A stretch of 64,000 nt of DNA from Marispirochaeta sp. (GCA_963676835.2 CAXXFF010000004.1:517377-581376); one strand, 5' to 3'. Shown: positions 21,054 to 30,078, numbered from the stretch's first letter. The notes: generated by a model from the letters alone, not told the origin. Numbers and translations: made by a program.

Positions 21054-21393
21054 TTTTGGCGACATAGTGCTGGTAAAATTCCCTTTTACCAACCTTCAGG
21101 CTACAAAGCAGCGTCCGGCAGTTATTATCAGCAGCCAACTTTATAATATAAACAGACCTGATATTATTCTTATGGCTGTGACCAGCCGTATCCCAACTCC
21201 CTTATCTCCGGATGAGGCAAAAATTCAAAAATGGAAAGAAGCCGGATTAGTTAAGCCTTCTGTTTTTAAACCACTTATTGCAACAATTGAGAAAAATCAG
21301 ATTATTAGAACCCTTGGAAATATCACATCTGAAGACAAGTCGCGATTAACTGAAATACTTGATACCATTCTCGGAAAAGGTAAAGAGGAATAG
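21022..21393 (+). CDS. PemK/MazF family endoribonuclease toxin
   Basis: GDIVLVKFPFTNLQATKQRPAVIIS, ILMAVTS, GLVKPSV. Confidence 0.9.
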   Translation: MMMTPSTIHYSFGDIVLVKFPFTNLQATKQRPAVIISSQLYNINRPDIILMAVTSRIPTPLSPDEAKIQKWKEAGLVKPSVFKPLIATIEKNQIIRTLGNITSEDKSRLTEILDTILGKGKEE

Positions 21394-21418
21394 TATCCCC
21401 AGCAATCTCAATACTCCT

Positions 21419-21535
21419 CATTCACGTACATGAATATTCACACAACTCCTCTCGATCAAAGACCATAATATTCACGAACACGAATATTCTTGATTTATTC
21501 AATATATAAACATATAATATTCATGTACACGAATA
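21419..21535 (+). promoter_or_regulatory. hipBA promoter with three HipB-type operators
   Basis: Three (T)ATTC-N8-GAATA palindromes spaced about 50 bp apart; -35 TTGATT (21490) + 17 bp + -10 TATAAT (21513). Confidence 0.8.
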
Positions 21536-21562
21536 TATTTTTATATTCAGGAGAACAGGATA

Positions 21563-21799
21563 ATGCCCTTGCCGGTACAGTCAGCTGCACAAATAGGAGA
21601 ACTCATTCGTTTAGAACGGAAGCGGCAGAAAATTCTGCAGCAAGATCTGGCAGATCTTAGCGGTGTAAGTCTTCATTTTTTGTCTAATCTTGAAAACGGT
21701 AAGGAAACAGTTGAGTTTCAGAAGATGCTGCTGGTTTTGAACACCCTTGGTATAGAAATGGAATTGAAAACCCGGGTTTCCAATGGCGGCAATATATGA
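21563..21799 (+). CDS. hipB: HipB-like XRE HTH antitoxin
   Basis: IRLERKRQKILQQDLADLSGVSLHFLSNLENGK; ATGA overlap with hipA. Confidence 0.85.
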   Translation: MPLPVQSAAQIGELIRLERKRQKILQQDLADLSGVSLHFLSNLENGKETVEFQKMLLVLNTLGIEMELKTRVSNGGNI

Positions 21800-23028
21800 A
21801 GCTTAAAGTACTGTATGAAAGCTACCTGGTCGGCATTCTTCATCAGGATACTGGCGGCAGAATCAATTTTGACTACAGCACTGAATGGAAAAACTCACAT
21901 GAATCCTTTCCCGTTTCACACAGCCTGCCGCTGTCAGGTAATTTTGAAAAGGGCATAATCGATCATCAATTTTTTGCCAATCTGTTACCAGAAGCGGCTG
22001 CCAGAGAAACAATCTGCCGGGGACTCGGAATTTCAAGAGATAATGATTTTGAGCTGTTAGCAGCAATAGGCGGGGAATGCGCTGGTGCACTTCAGATTAT
22101 GCCGGAAGAAACTGATCAGCCGCATGATTGCGATTATGAACCTATCAGTGATACTGACCTAAAGAAAGCCCTGGAAACACGCATTCCCTACACCAGACTC
22201 TCACCCGGAGGAAAACTCAGACTGTCTCTCGCCGGGGCACAGGATAAATGGCCGGTTTATGTTGAAGATGGAAAACTCTACTGGCCGATCGGCAGTGCCC
22301 CAAGTTCCCATATTCTCAAGTTTACAAACCGGGACTTTAAAGGACTTCACTGGAATGAAGCGTACACAAGCTTTTTAGCGCGGAAAACAAGCCTTCCGGT
22401 GGTGGATGTAACAATCGGAGACGGGTATTCCCTGACCAGACGATATGATCGTCTGCCGGATAATACCGGGACAATTTCACGGCTTCATCAGGAAGATTTT
22501 TGTCAGGCCCTTGGGTATCCATACTATAAGAAATACGAGAGCGACGGAGGTCCGGTTTTCAGCGACTGTATAAATCTTGTCAGAAACATTAGCGTTTCTC
22601 CTGCGAAAGACCAACTCAATCTGCTTCAATGGCAGATACTCAATATTCTTCTGGGCAACGCCGACGGGCATGCAAAAAATCTTTCCATACTCTACAGCAA
22701 AACAGGACCCGTTCTTTCACCTTTTTATGATTTTGTTTGTACAGCGGTTTATCCGGGAATCAGCAGGGATCTTGCTCTATCTGTAGGCGGAAATGCAGAT
22801 CCGGGACAAATTCGTATTCAGGATTGGAACAAACTGGCTGATGAACTTGGAATACGCCCCAGAGTAATTCTGAACAGTTTTGATACTCTCAGTCAGTTGC
22901 TGCAGGATTCTCTTACTGCCTATTATAATGAATTCGTCGAGATGAACGGCTCACATCCTGTACTTGAGTGGATAAATCAGGTAATTAATAAACGGATCAG
23001 GCGGGTGCGAACTCTATTGAAAGAGTAA
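21796..23028 (+). CDS. hipA: HipA family Ser/Thr kinase toxin
   Basis: FFANLLPE, LSLAGAQDK, HILK, RRYDR, RLHQEDFCQALG, GNADGHAKNLS, LSPFYD. Confidence 0.93.
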   Translation: MKLKVLYESYLVGILHQDTGGRINFDYSTEWKNSHESFPVSHSLPLSGNFEKGIIDHQFFANLLPEAAARETICRGLGISRDNDFELLAAIGGECAGALQIMPEETDQPHDCDYEPISDTDLKKALETRIPYTRLSPGGKLRLSLAGAQDKWPVYVEDGKLYWPIGSAPSSHILKFTNRDFKGLHWNEAYTSFLARKTSLPVVDVTIGDGYSLTRRYDRLPDNTGTISRLHQEDFCQALGYPYYKKYESDGGPVFSDCINLVRNISVSPAKDQLNLLQWQILNILLGNADGHAKNLSILYSKTGPVLSPFYDFVCTAVYPGISRDLALSVGGNADPGQIRIQDWNKLADELGIRPRVILNSFDTLSQLLQDSLTAYYNEFVEMNGSHPVLEWINQVINKRIRRVRTLLKE

Positions 23029-23029
23029 A

Positions 23030-23157
23030 GGTGGTTTCGACACTTCGACCGCTACGGCTTCGCTCAGCACCAGTCCGCTCAGTGCGGGCATTTCGACCAG
23101 CTCAATACGGTGATAATCTGCCTGACAGGTGGTTTCGACTTCGCTCAACCACCGCAT
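23030..23157. repeat. Nested REP-like element, copy 2 (direct repeat of 20588-20732)
   Basis: Same sequence with a few substitutions; lacks one ~17 nt internal GCTCAATA-containing unit; starts 2 nt after the hipA stop. Confidence 0.8.
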
Positions 23158-23194
23158 CTATGTTGCAGGATGCTGAGAGGTGACCAGAATATGA

Positions 23195-23455
23195 TCATCC
23201 ATTCTTTAGCTTTCGCAGCGTATTCTCTGCAGTCTTCTTTGCATGTTCTATAAGACTGGCTGTATTTTCGCCAGAGATATAATCTCCTCTTTCGATCCCT
23301 TCTATCAAATCCCGTTCTTCCTCATCCAGAGGTTCAAAATGTTTTGCTTCAAGCTTACCTTTCAGTTTTGTTTTGTATGTTTCCGAGAGATCAGTATCCG
23401 ATGAGTACTTTCCAAAAATCTGTTTTCCAAGCTCAAAGGGTGTCTTTTTGTTCAT
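23195..23455 (-). CDS. Hypothetical protein; apparent chimera of two antitoxin fragments
   Basis: AGGA RBS. The N-half TPFELGKQIFGKYSS...KLEAKH and the C-half LDEEERDLIEGIERG...AENTLRK each resemble parts of small antitoxins; no DNA-binding RHH segment. Confidence 0.45.
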   Translation of the reverse strand: MNKKTPFELGKQIFGKYSSDTDLSETYKTKLKGKLEAKHFEPLDEEERDLIEGIERGDYISGENTASLIEHAKKTAENTLRKLKNG

Positions 23456-23461
23456 AAATTC

Positions 23462-23722
23462 CTACTCATAATGCGTCCACATCCTTAAGATTTTCACTGC
23501 CTTTTCTTCTTCCACCACCTGATAGACAATCCTGTGCTGGATATTAATACGGCGGGAAAAAGCTCCGGTTAAATCTCCCAGAAGCTTTTCATAGGGTGGG
23601 TACTCTATAAAAGGATCGTTTTCCAGGATTTCAAGGATCTCCTCAGCCTTTTTTTTAAGGTTGGACGAAGTTAGTTTCTTTGCATCTTTCTGAGCCTGTT
23701 TTGTGAAAAAAAGCCTATACAC
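23462..23722 (-). CDS. yoeB: Txe/YoeB family toxin
   Basis: FTKQAQKD, PPYEKLLGDLTGAFSRRINIQHRIVY, LRMWTHYE. Confidence 0.93.
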   Translation of the reverse strand: MYRLFFTKQAQKDAKKLTSSNLKKKAEEILEILENDPFIEYPPYEKLLGDLTGAFSRRINIQHRIVYQVVEEEKAVKILRMWTHYE

Positions 23723-23964
23723 TACCAGTCCAGATTTTCATCAAGTTCTGACGTCGGAGTATTGATTCCTTCCAAAATCGATTCTCTCATCCCCGGAATG
23801 GAGGTGAGAAACAGGGTCGCCTGGATACTGCGCCAATCCTCTTCTCCTACCAGAACAGCAGAAGAATCTTTTCCAGTAATTTCAACCGGTTCGTGGGTTT
23901 CGTTAACCCGCTGCAGGATTTTGTATAGATCCTTTCTCGCATTGGTTACATTGATACTGCTCAT
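23722..23964 (-). CDS. yefM: Phd/YefM family antitoxin
   Basis: INVTNARKDLY, HEPVEITGK, AVLVGEEDWRSIQATLFLTSIPGM; 1-nt overlap with the toxin gene. Confidence 0.9.
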   Translation of the reverse strand: MSSINVTNARKDLYKILQRVNETHEPVEITGKDSSAVLVGEEDWRSIQATLFLTSIPGMRESILEGINTPTSELDENLDW

Positions 23965-23972
23965 GGCACCTC

Positions 23973-23990
23973 CGTACGGTATAGCGTACG
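23973..23990. promoter_or_regulatory. YefM-type operator
   Basis: Two CGTACG palindromes 12 bp apart just upstream of the yefM RBS, analogous to the paired TGTACA cores of E. coli yefM-yoeB. Confidence 0.6.
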
Positions 23991-24044
23991 TAACAATACA
24001 TCTTCATGGCATATAAGTCCAGTCTGCTGGAAGGTGGTTTCTGG

Positions 24045-24068
24045 TTATTCTTCAGCCTGCTTTTTCAT
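24045..24068 (-). pseudogene. Possible remnant 5' end of a HEPN toxin gene
   Basis: ATG overlapping the MNT 3' end gives MKKQAEE*, which is the usual position and start of the HEPN partner. Confidence 0.35.
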
Positions 24069-24411
24069 ATAAGACTTTGCCGGTTTCGTGAATTTCCCTT
24101 TGAAATGAATTCATATTGTTCTTAACTTTTTCATACTGCGGGATTGTGTATACTAACAAATCGATTGCGAACTTATTGTTTATCTCTCTTAGAACCCGCC
24201 GGACAATGAGTTTCTTTTGCTGCCACTCATCATAGGTTCCGGGATCATCATAGTCTTCCAACACAACCAGAAGATCTATGTCACTATCCGGTGTGACCTG
24301 TCCTTTTGCATATGAACCAAAAAGCAAAACTTTACGAATTGGTAAAGATAAGAGACTGGAGACAATACTATTTAAAACAGATTCTATTTTCCGCTCTTCT
24401 TCAGTTACCAT
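24052..24411 (-). CDS. Minimal nucleotidyltransferase (MNT/MntA-like antitoxin)
   Basis: LLFGSYAKG...DSDIDLLVV, IDLLVYT, GKVLYE. Start at MVTEE has a GAGGTGG RBS-like sequence. Confidence 0.85.
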   Translation of the reverse strand: MVTEEERKIESVLNSIVSSLLSLPIRKVLLFGSYAKGQVTPDSDIDLLVVLEDYDDPGTYDEWQQKKLIVRRVLREINNKFAIDLLVYTIPQYEKVKNNMNSFQREIHETGKVLYEKAG

Positions 24412-24459
24412 AGCTAAATAGTAGTCCACCTCAGGCAATATGTCGAGAGTATTACTTCC

Positions 24460-25839
24460 CTACACCATCTTCTCAGGCTTCACCCAGGCGTCAAACTCAT
24501 CGGAGGTAAGGAATCCCAGACTGACGCCGGCTTCCTTCAGGGTTACGTCCTCTTTAAAGGCCTTCTTGGCAATTTGAGCAGATTTATCGTAGCCGATATG
24601 GGGATTCAGTGCTGTTACAACCATGAGAGTGCGGTCGAGATATTCGCCGATTTTCTCTTCGTTAGGCGTAAGCCCCTCGAGGCATCGGATACGGAAGCTA
24701 TCCATGCCGTCGGCAAGGAGACGGATGGACTGGAGAATGTTATAGATAATTACGGGTTTGTAGACGTTGAGCTCGAAGTTTCCCTGGGAGCAGGCGAAGG
24801 AAACTGCTGCGTTATTGCCGAGAACCTGAACACAGAGCATGGTGAGGGCTTCGGACTGGGTGGGGTTTACTTTGCCGGGCATGATGGAGCTGCCGGGTTC
24901 GTTCTCCGGCAGGTTGAGCTCACCGATGCCGCAGCGGGGGCCGGAACCGAGCCAGCGGACGTCGTTGGCTATTTTTGTGAGAGCCGCTGCCAGTGTGGTG
25001 AGTGATCCGGATAAGGCTGCCATACCGTCGTGGGCAGCCAGGAGGGCGAACTTGTTGGCATTGCAGGCGTACTTGTCGGAAGTAAGGCCTTCAAGTTCCG
25101 TACATACGGCCTCGGCAAAGCCCTCAGGGGCGTTAAGGCCGGTTCCGACGGCAGTGCCGCCGATGGGGAGTTCCAGCAGTTCTTCTGTGGATGTTTCAAT
25201 ACGTGAGAGAGCCTGGCGGACCTGTGCGGCATAGCCGGAAAATTCCTGACCGAGGCTGATGGGGACTGCATCCTGCAGGTGGGTTCGGCCTACTTTGATA
25301 ATACCTGCGTATGCAGCAGCTTTGCTTTCAAGCTCTTCGGCGAAAGCATTTCCAGCCGTAAGCAGCCGCCGGCGTACCATGGTAACCGCGGCAATGTGCA
25401 TGGCCGTGGGAAAGGAGTCGTTGGAGGATTGGGAACGGTTTACATCGTCGTTGGGATGGACCAAAGATTTATCGCCCGGACTGCCGCCGAGGATCTCCGC
25501 GGCCCTGTTGGCGATAACCTCATTGAGGTTCATGTTGGTCTGGGTACCGCTGCCGGTCTGCCAGACTACCAGGGGGAAATGTTCGGATAGACTACCGTTG
25601 ATTACCTCGTCACAGGCGGAGATAAGGGCGTTGAGTTTGGATTGTTCCCAGGTTGCGGATGGGGCATTGGCAAGAACGCAGGCTTTTTTAAGAACACCGT
25701 AGGCGGTTATCAGCTCCGGCTGAAAACGTTCACCGCCGATGGGGAAATTCTCCACCGAGCGCTGGGTCTGGGAACCCCAGTAGCGGCAGGATTCGACCTG
25801 GACTTCGCCCATTGTGTCGCGTTCTGTTCTGTATGTCAT
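24460..25839 (-). CDS. fumC: Class II fumarate hydratase
   Basis: RTERDTMG, WQTGSGTQTNMN, GRTHLQDAVP, GSSIMPGKVNPTQSE. Confidence 0.97.
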   Translation of the reverse strand: MTYRTERDTMGEVQVESCRYWGSQTQRSVENFPIGGERFQPELITAYGVLKKACVLANAPSATWEQSKLNALISACDEVINGSLSEHFPLVVWQTGSGTQTNMNLNEVIANRAAEILGGSPGDKSLVHPNDDVNRSQSSNDSFPTAMHIAAVTMVRRRLLTAGNAFAEELESKAAAYAGIIKVGRTHLQDAVPISLGQEFSGYAAQVRQALSRIETSTEELLELPIGGTAVGTGLNAPEGFAEAVCTELEGLTSDKYACNANKFALLAAHDGMAALSGSLTTLAAALTKIANDVRWLGSGPRCGIGELNLPENEPGSSIMPGKVNPTQSEALTMLCVQVLGNNAAVSFACSQGNFELNVYKPVIIYNILQSIRLLADGMDSFRIRCLEGLTPNEEKIGEYLDRTLMVVTALNPHIGYDKSAQIAKKAFKEDVTLKEAGVSLGFLTSDEFDAWVKPEKMV

Positions 25840-25961
25840 GAGTATGCTCCTCCGTGGGGGGTGTAGGAGGAGTGTAGCAGAAAAGGGGGGTATGGGGGAG
25901 AGGGGAGAGGGAAAAGAGAAGCTACCTATGAAAGCAGGGAATTTCCTGATAAGATAGACTC

Positions 25962-26162
25962 ATGAAGAAAGGTAAAAGCAGGACAAAGAATCCCCCTCCA
26001 GACCAATCATCATTTAACCCATCGAAAAGAAACAATCAGACAACTATGCCTGAAAGACTAAACACAACGATAAAATTCCGTGGGGAAAGAGGCAATCTGG
26101 ATAAATTCATGGCAGTTCTAGATAAGGTTAAAGATGTACCGCCTGATGAATACGATGCATAG
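25962..26162 (+). CDS. Small hypothetical protein whose C-terminus resembles a HicB-like/RHH antitoxin tail; possibly a remnant
   Basis: RGERGNLDKFMAVLDKVKDVPPDEYDA tail; N-terminal half is low-complexity and unconvincing. Confidence 0.3.
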   Translation: MKKGKSRTKNPPPDQSSFNPSKRNNQTTMPERLNTTIKFRGERGNLDKFMAVLDKVKDVPPDEYDA

Positions 26163-26187
26163 ACAGGTTCCTGTTGCCTCGACATGC

Positions 26188-27162
26188 TCAGGTGTTTCGG
26201 CAATATACCTTCCAGGAAGTTTCAATCAATGACTCAGCACTGCTGAACCGTGCTTCCCAGCCTAACAGCTCCTTTGCCAGTGCGGATGAAGCCACCAGCT
26301 TTTCCGGGTCCCCCACCCGCCTGGGGGCAATTTCCGCGGGAATCGCTTTTCCGGTAACTCGACGAGCGGTTTCCAGCATCTCCGTAACGCTTAATCCGTT
26401 TTCACTTCCCAGATTCACTGTAAGAGAACTGTTGTTCTGAACAAGATACTGAAATGCTTTGTAATGGGCTGCGGCCAGGTCACTTACATGGACATAATCG
26501 CGGATGCAGGTGCCGTCGGGGGTGTTGTAATCATTTCCGAAGATCTGCAGTTTCTCACGGGTTCCCGCGGCAACTTCCATAATAATTGGAAGAAGGTTGG
26601 CGGGGTTCATTTCGAGGCCTGAAACCCGCGCTGCCGCGTCGTATCCTGCTGCGTTGAAATAACGCAGAGCGGTAAACTTTATTCCTTTGAGCTTATCGTA
26701 CCAGGCAAGAATGCGCTCAATTTCCAGCTTGGTGAAGCCATAGTAATTTTCAGGTATAGATGGATGCTTCTCATCTATAGGCAGGTATGCAGGTTCACCG
26801 TAGACCGCTGCAGAGGAGCTGAAGACGACACGCTTTATTCCTGCTTCAGATGCGGCATTCAGGATGTTCAGGGTACCGGTTAAGTTATTTACAGAGTATT
26901 TTTCGGGTAGAAGCATTGATTCTCCGGCGGCCTTCAATGCCGCCAGATGGATGAGACCGTCGAAGTCTGCCCCGGACATTACCCCGCGAAGGGCCTCTGT
27001 ATCGAGTATGGTGCCATGGACAAACCCGGCTTCGGGGAAAAGGTTCGATCGGAGACCGGAAGAGAGGTTATCGAATACGGTAACTTTTGCTCCGTTGTCG
27101 AGTAATTCACGTACTACGTGGCTGCCGATGTAGCCGGCGCCGCCTATTACTAAAATGTGCAT
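26188..27162 (-). CDS. galE: UDP-glucose 4-epimerase
   Basis: GGAGYIGSH, FSSSAAVYG, YGFTK, LRYFNAAG, DGTCIRDYVHVSDLA. Confidence 0.95.
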   Translation of the reverse strand: MHILVIGGAGYIGSHVVRELLDNGAKVTVFDNLSSGLRSNLFPEAGFVHGTILDTEALRGVMSGADFDGLIHLAALKAAGESMLLPEKYSVNNLTGTLNILNAASEAGIKRVVFSSSAAVYGEPAYLPIDEKHPSIPENYYGFTKLEIERILAWYDKLKGIKFTALRYFNAAGYDAAARVSGLEMNPANLLPIIMEVAAGTREKLQIFGNDYNTPDGTCIRDYVHVSDLAAAHYKAFQYLVQNNSSLTVNLGSENGLSVTEMLETARRVTGKAIPAEIAPRRVGDPEKLVASSALAKELLGWEARFSSAESLIETSWKVYCRNT

Positions 27163-27398
27163 ACTATTTTGCCTCATATGGATGTCTTAACTTAGGAAAG
27201 AGAATACTTACTGCTGTGTTGTAGTTCAAGGGGGAGTAAGTTAAACTTTACTGGTAAGTTATCGAAAAATCTTTCAAATACGAAACCACAATAAAATAAT
27301 GACTATACTATGAAAATCAGACGATTTGCTGGTAGTATTATAAATGCCGTAGGTAAAGACAAATTACAACTTGATTTATTATAATATGGAACTTGGAA

Positions 27399-28550
27399 AT
27401 GTATTTAAAGAACACCCGAATGTCATTAAATAGCTTTATCGCTCTGCTTGCTTCTCTCGTACTTATTATATCCTGCTCAGACATGATGGATAACTCAGAT
27501 GCCGATGATAATCATCCAGACTCTGATTACATTATCTTCACTTCAGAAGGATCATCATTCAGTCCGGTGATCATTGTTGATGGCAGTCCGGAAATAGAAT
27601 GGGTGTGGGATGATGGAAACACCGACAGCTCCACAACACCAACAAAGGATTATGGTTCAACTGGAACAAGAATTAATAAACTAAGAGTGGATCCATGGAG
27701 CTCACTTGTAAGAATTAACATCGGTTATGACGGTGGTGATGGAGGTTCCGCTCTTATAGAACATGTAGCAAATCAGAATATAAGCTCTGTGGAGAATCTA
27801 AACCTGGCAGCACCCTATTTGCAATACTGGTGTTCATCATATAATTCCATTCCAAATCTTGATTTCAGTAATTTTATTGCTCTTGATACAATAGAGTGCT
27901 TTAAATCGACAAGTTTGCAGAATGTTGAATTACGCAATACCCCAGCATTGAAGCGGGCATGTTTTGAGGATTGCGATCTGATATCTCTTGATTTATCAGA
28001 TTGTATTAGTCTGGAAGATTTGCGAGGAGCTCTGAATTCATATCCGACGATTGATTTCGGTGGAATAGGAACAAATACATGGCACATCTGTATTCGGGAT
28101 AATCCGCAGTTTACAAATAATCTCTTTGCAGATATGACAAATTACCCCAATATTGAAGAGCTTTTTCTCTGGCGAGATAATCAGAATGGGAATCTGCTTA
28201 TTCCTTCAACCGGAAATTCAAGGAATGTTGATATACAGGTTTACCAGAACGGTTATGAGTATGTTGACCTACGGGGAGCATTGCAGAATACCAGTAGAAA
28301 TGGCTATATCGATCTGAGTGATAATAATATTTCAGAAATATATATTGACGGCTGCTCTCAGATTAACTATCTGGATCTTGAAAATAACGCACTGGGTTCA
28401 GCACAAATCAATACGATTCTAAGCCTGCTGGACAGCTTCGGCAGGATAAACGGAACCCTAAATCTTACCGGAAATACTCCACCGTCAACCGACAGTTCTA
28501 CAACAATTGCATCTCTCCAGGGAAAGGGATGGACTGTTACAACTGACTAA
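27399..28550 (+). CDS. Lipoprotein with leucine-rich-repeat-like solenoid
   Basis: Lipobox LIIS-C; repeated LxxLDLSxN-like units; exact start uncertain (27393, 27399 or 27420). Confidence 0.65.
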   Translation: MYLKNTRMSLNSFIALLASLVLIISCSDMMDNSDADDNHPDSDYIIFTSEGSSFSPVIIVDGSPEIEWVWDDGNTDSSTTPTKDYGSTGTRINKLRVDPWSSLVRINIGYDGGDGGSALIEHVANQNISSVENLNLAAPYLQYWCSSYNSIPNLDFSNFIALDTIECFKSTSLQNVELRNTPALKRACFEDCDLISLDLSDCISLEDLRGALNSYPTIDFGGIGTNTWHICIRDNPQFTNNLFADMTNYPNIEELFLWRDNQNGNLLIPSTGNSRNVDIQVYQNGYEYVDLRGALQNTSRNGYIDLSDNNISEIYIDGCSQINYLDLENNALGSAQINTILSLLDSFGRINGTLNLTGNTPPSTDSSTTIASLQGKGWTVTTD

Positions 28551-28573
28551 GTCCTGCCATAAATACGGTATAG

Positions 28574-29071
28574 TTATATTCTGTACCCCAGAATAATACC
28601 AAAGTCGCTATCAGTGTTATAGCCTCTATAAGCCCGGCTGAAATAAAATTCAAGAACCATATTGTAAAGTATAATCTCGGAACCTGAAGTAATGTACAAA
28701 GAATCAGTATTATGGGCGTCGGAGCGATAATACTCGATACCCACACCGCCGAAAACTGATAAGCCAGCTTTCGAGTTTTGATCTGCAACAATCGCTAAAT
28801 TGACCAAACCAGGGATCCGAATCATTGAAATTCGGTCATTCCATAGGAACGAAGGCTTAGTACTGAGATAAGGGAATTCTTTTGGTGATACAGTACACTG
28901 GACATGAGCCAAATACTGTTCGATACCGTAAGGAGCCACATCAACAAGAATTCCTACTCCGGGGGTGATTGATACTGGTGAGGCAGAAGTAACCGTAAGA
29001 TTTATACCGACAAAAAAGCAGATTGAGAATATAAATCTGCTTTTTCTTGAAAAACTTAAACCAATCCCCAT
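28574..29071 (-). CDS. Hypothetical exported protein, possible small beta-barrel
   Basis: Starts 3 nt after the upstream stop; signal-like N-terminus; ends FGIILGYRI. Confidence 0.5.
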   Translation of the reverse strand: MGIGLSFSRKSRFIFSICFFVGINLTVTSASPVSITPGVGILVDVAPYGIEQYLAHVQCTVSPKEFPYLSTKPSFLWNDRISMIRIPGLVNLAIVADQNSKAGLSVFGGVGIEYYRSDAHNTDSLYITSGSEIILYNMVLEFYFSRAYRGYNTDSDFGIILGYRI

Positions 29072-29073
29072 AC

Positions 29074-30078
29074 TTATAAGTTATTCCATTCAGCAATTTT
29101 AGCCGCCATAACCCAAAGCCCTTTCGCAAGTTGAATACAGGCTTCCTGAGTTATATGAGACTCCCCCTGGCCACCGTTATAACTTAAATCATCATAGGCC
29201 AGATTTATCCCGTTCCAGGTATTCCCGTTCCAACTTTCAGTAAATCTTAGATTATTGGTGTAGTCCCAGGAAAGAATGTCTGCATAATCAAATAGAACAC
29301 CCCCATTATTCCGGACAAACTCACGTATTTTTTCATGCTTCAGCCAACGCTGATAGCCAAGTTCTGAATTATAGGTACCATCGCCATTATCATCATCAAC
29401 TGGTCCTGTTGTAAATATTGTAATTACATCTGGAACAGCCTTGTTATATGCTGTAACTGTGGTCAGATAATCATCCAGGCTGAGGCTGTTTCCTGTAATA
29501 CCTCCATCTTGTGCATCAAGCCCCCATGGAAGATTGCCATCAGGCCCACCTACCGAGCTTCCCGCCCAGCCGGTTCCATATAACGGATCCTGTTCCGAGG
29601 TAACACCGTTTAACCAGGTCATATCCCAGCACCATCCGAAACCAAGGATAATCGTCCCAGCGTAACTCGAAGCAATTGTGTTCAAGCCGGTTATGACATC
29701 ATTTTTAGCGGCTGAATTAGTCCAGAAATCTTCTTCCCCCATCTCTGAGGCCCAGGTTGCATCATCGAGATATGCCCGATTCCACCGGAGGGCATCTGTT
29801 CTATAATTTTCGGCTGCGCCAGACCAGTTGGTAGATGAGGAATAAGCACTGTCTGCAGCTTCAAGCAATTCCAGACCATATCCATAAGCGCGACCATGGG
29901 ACTCTCCGCTGATTATCATCAGTACTTTTTTCGCATCTTCAATTTGGGCGAGGGTAAGAAAATCAAAATCCTGTACAGAGGTATGATCAATTATCAGAGA
30001 GTTTATGGAATCTCCATCCAGTCCGGAACAGGAGAATAATAAATATGGCAGTACAACAATCAATAAAATCTTTCTCAC
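29074..30078 (-). CDS. Lipoprotein with SGNH-like domain
   Basis: Lipobox LFS-C; GESHG, FTTGP, VLFDYADI and SHI motifs; paralog of the next gene. Confidence 0.65.
   Translation of the reverse strand: MRKILLIVVLPYLLFSCSGLDGDSINSLIIDHTSVQDFDFLTLAQIEDAKKVLMIISGESHGRAYGYGLELLEAADSAYSSSTNWSGAAENYRTDALRWNRAYLDDATWASEMGEEDFWTNSAAKNDVITGLNTIASSYAGTIILGFGWCWDMTWLNGVTSEQDPLYGTGWAGSSVGGPDGNLPWGLDAQDGGITGNSLSLDDYLTTVTAYNKAVPDVITIFTTGPVDDDNGDGTYNSELGYQRWLKHEKIREFVRNNGGVLFDYADILSWDYTNNLRFTESWNGNTWNGINLAYDDLSYNGGQGESHITQEACIQLAKGLWVMAAKIAEWNNL

Noticed and set aside
20588..23157. Repeats as a CRISPR array or integron attC sites
   Set aside because: There are only two long copies, no regular repeat-spacer period and no cas or intI gene in the window. 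I could not identify convincing attC R''/R' boxes.
11949..25839. pyk, zwf, acnA and fumC as a metabolic operon
   Set aside because: They differ in strand, are separated by unrelated genes and terminators, and show no sign of co-transcription.
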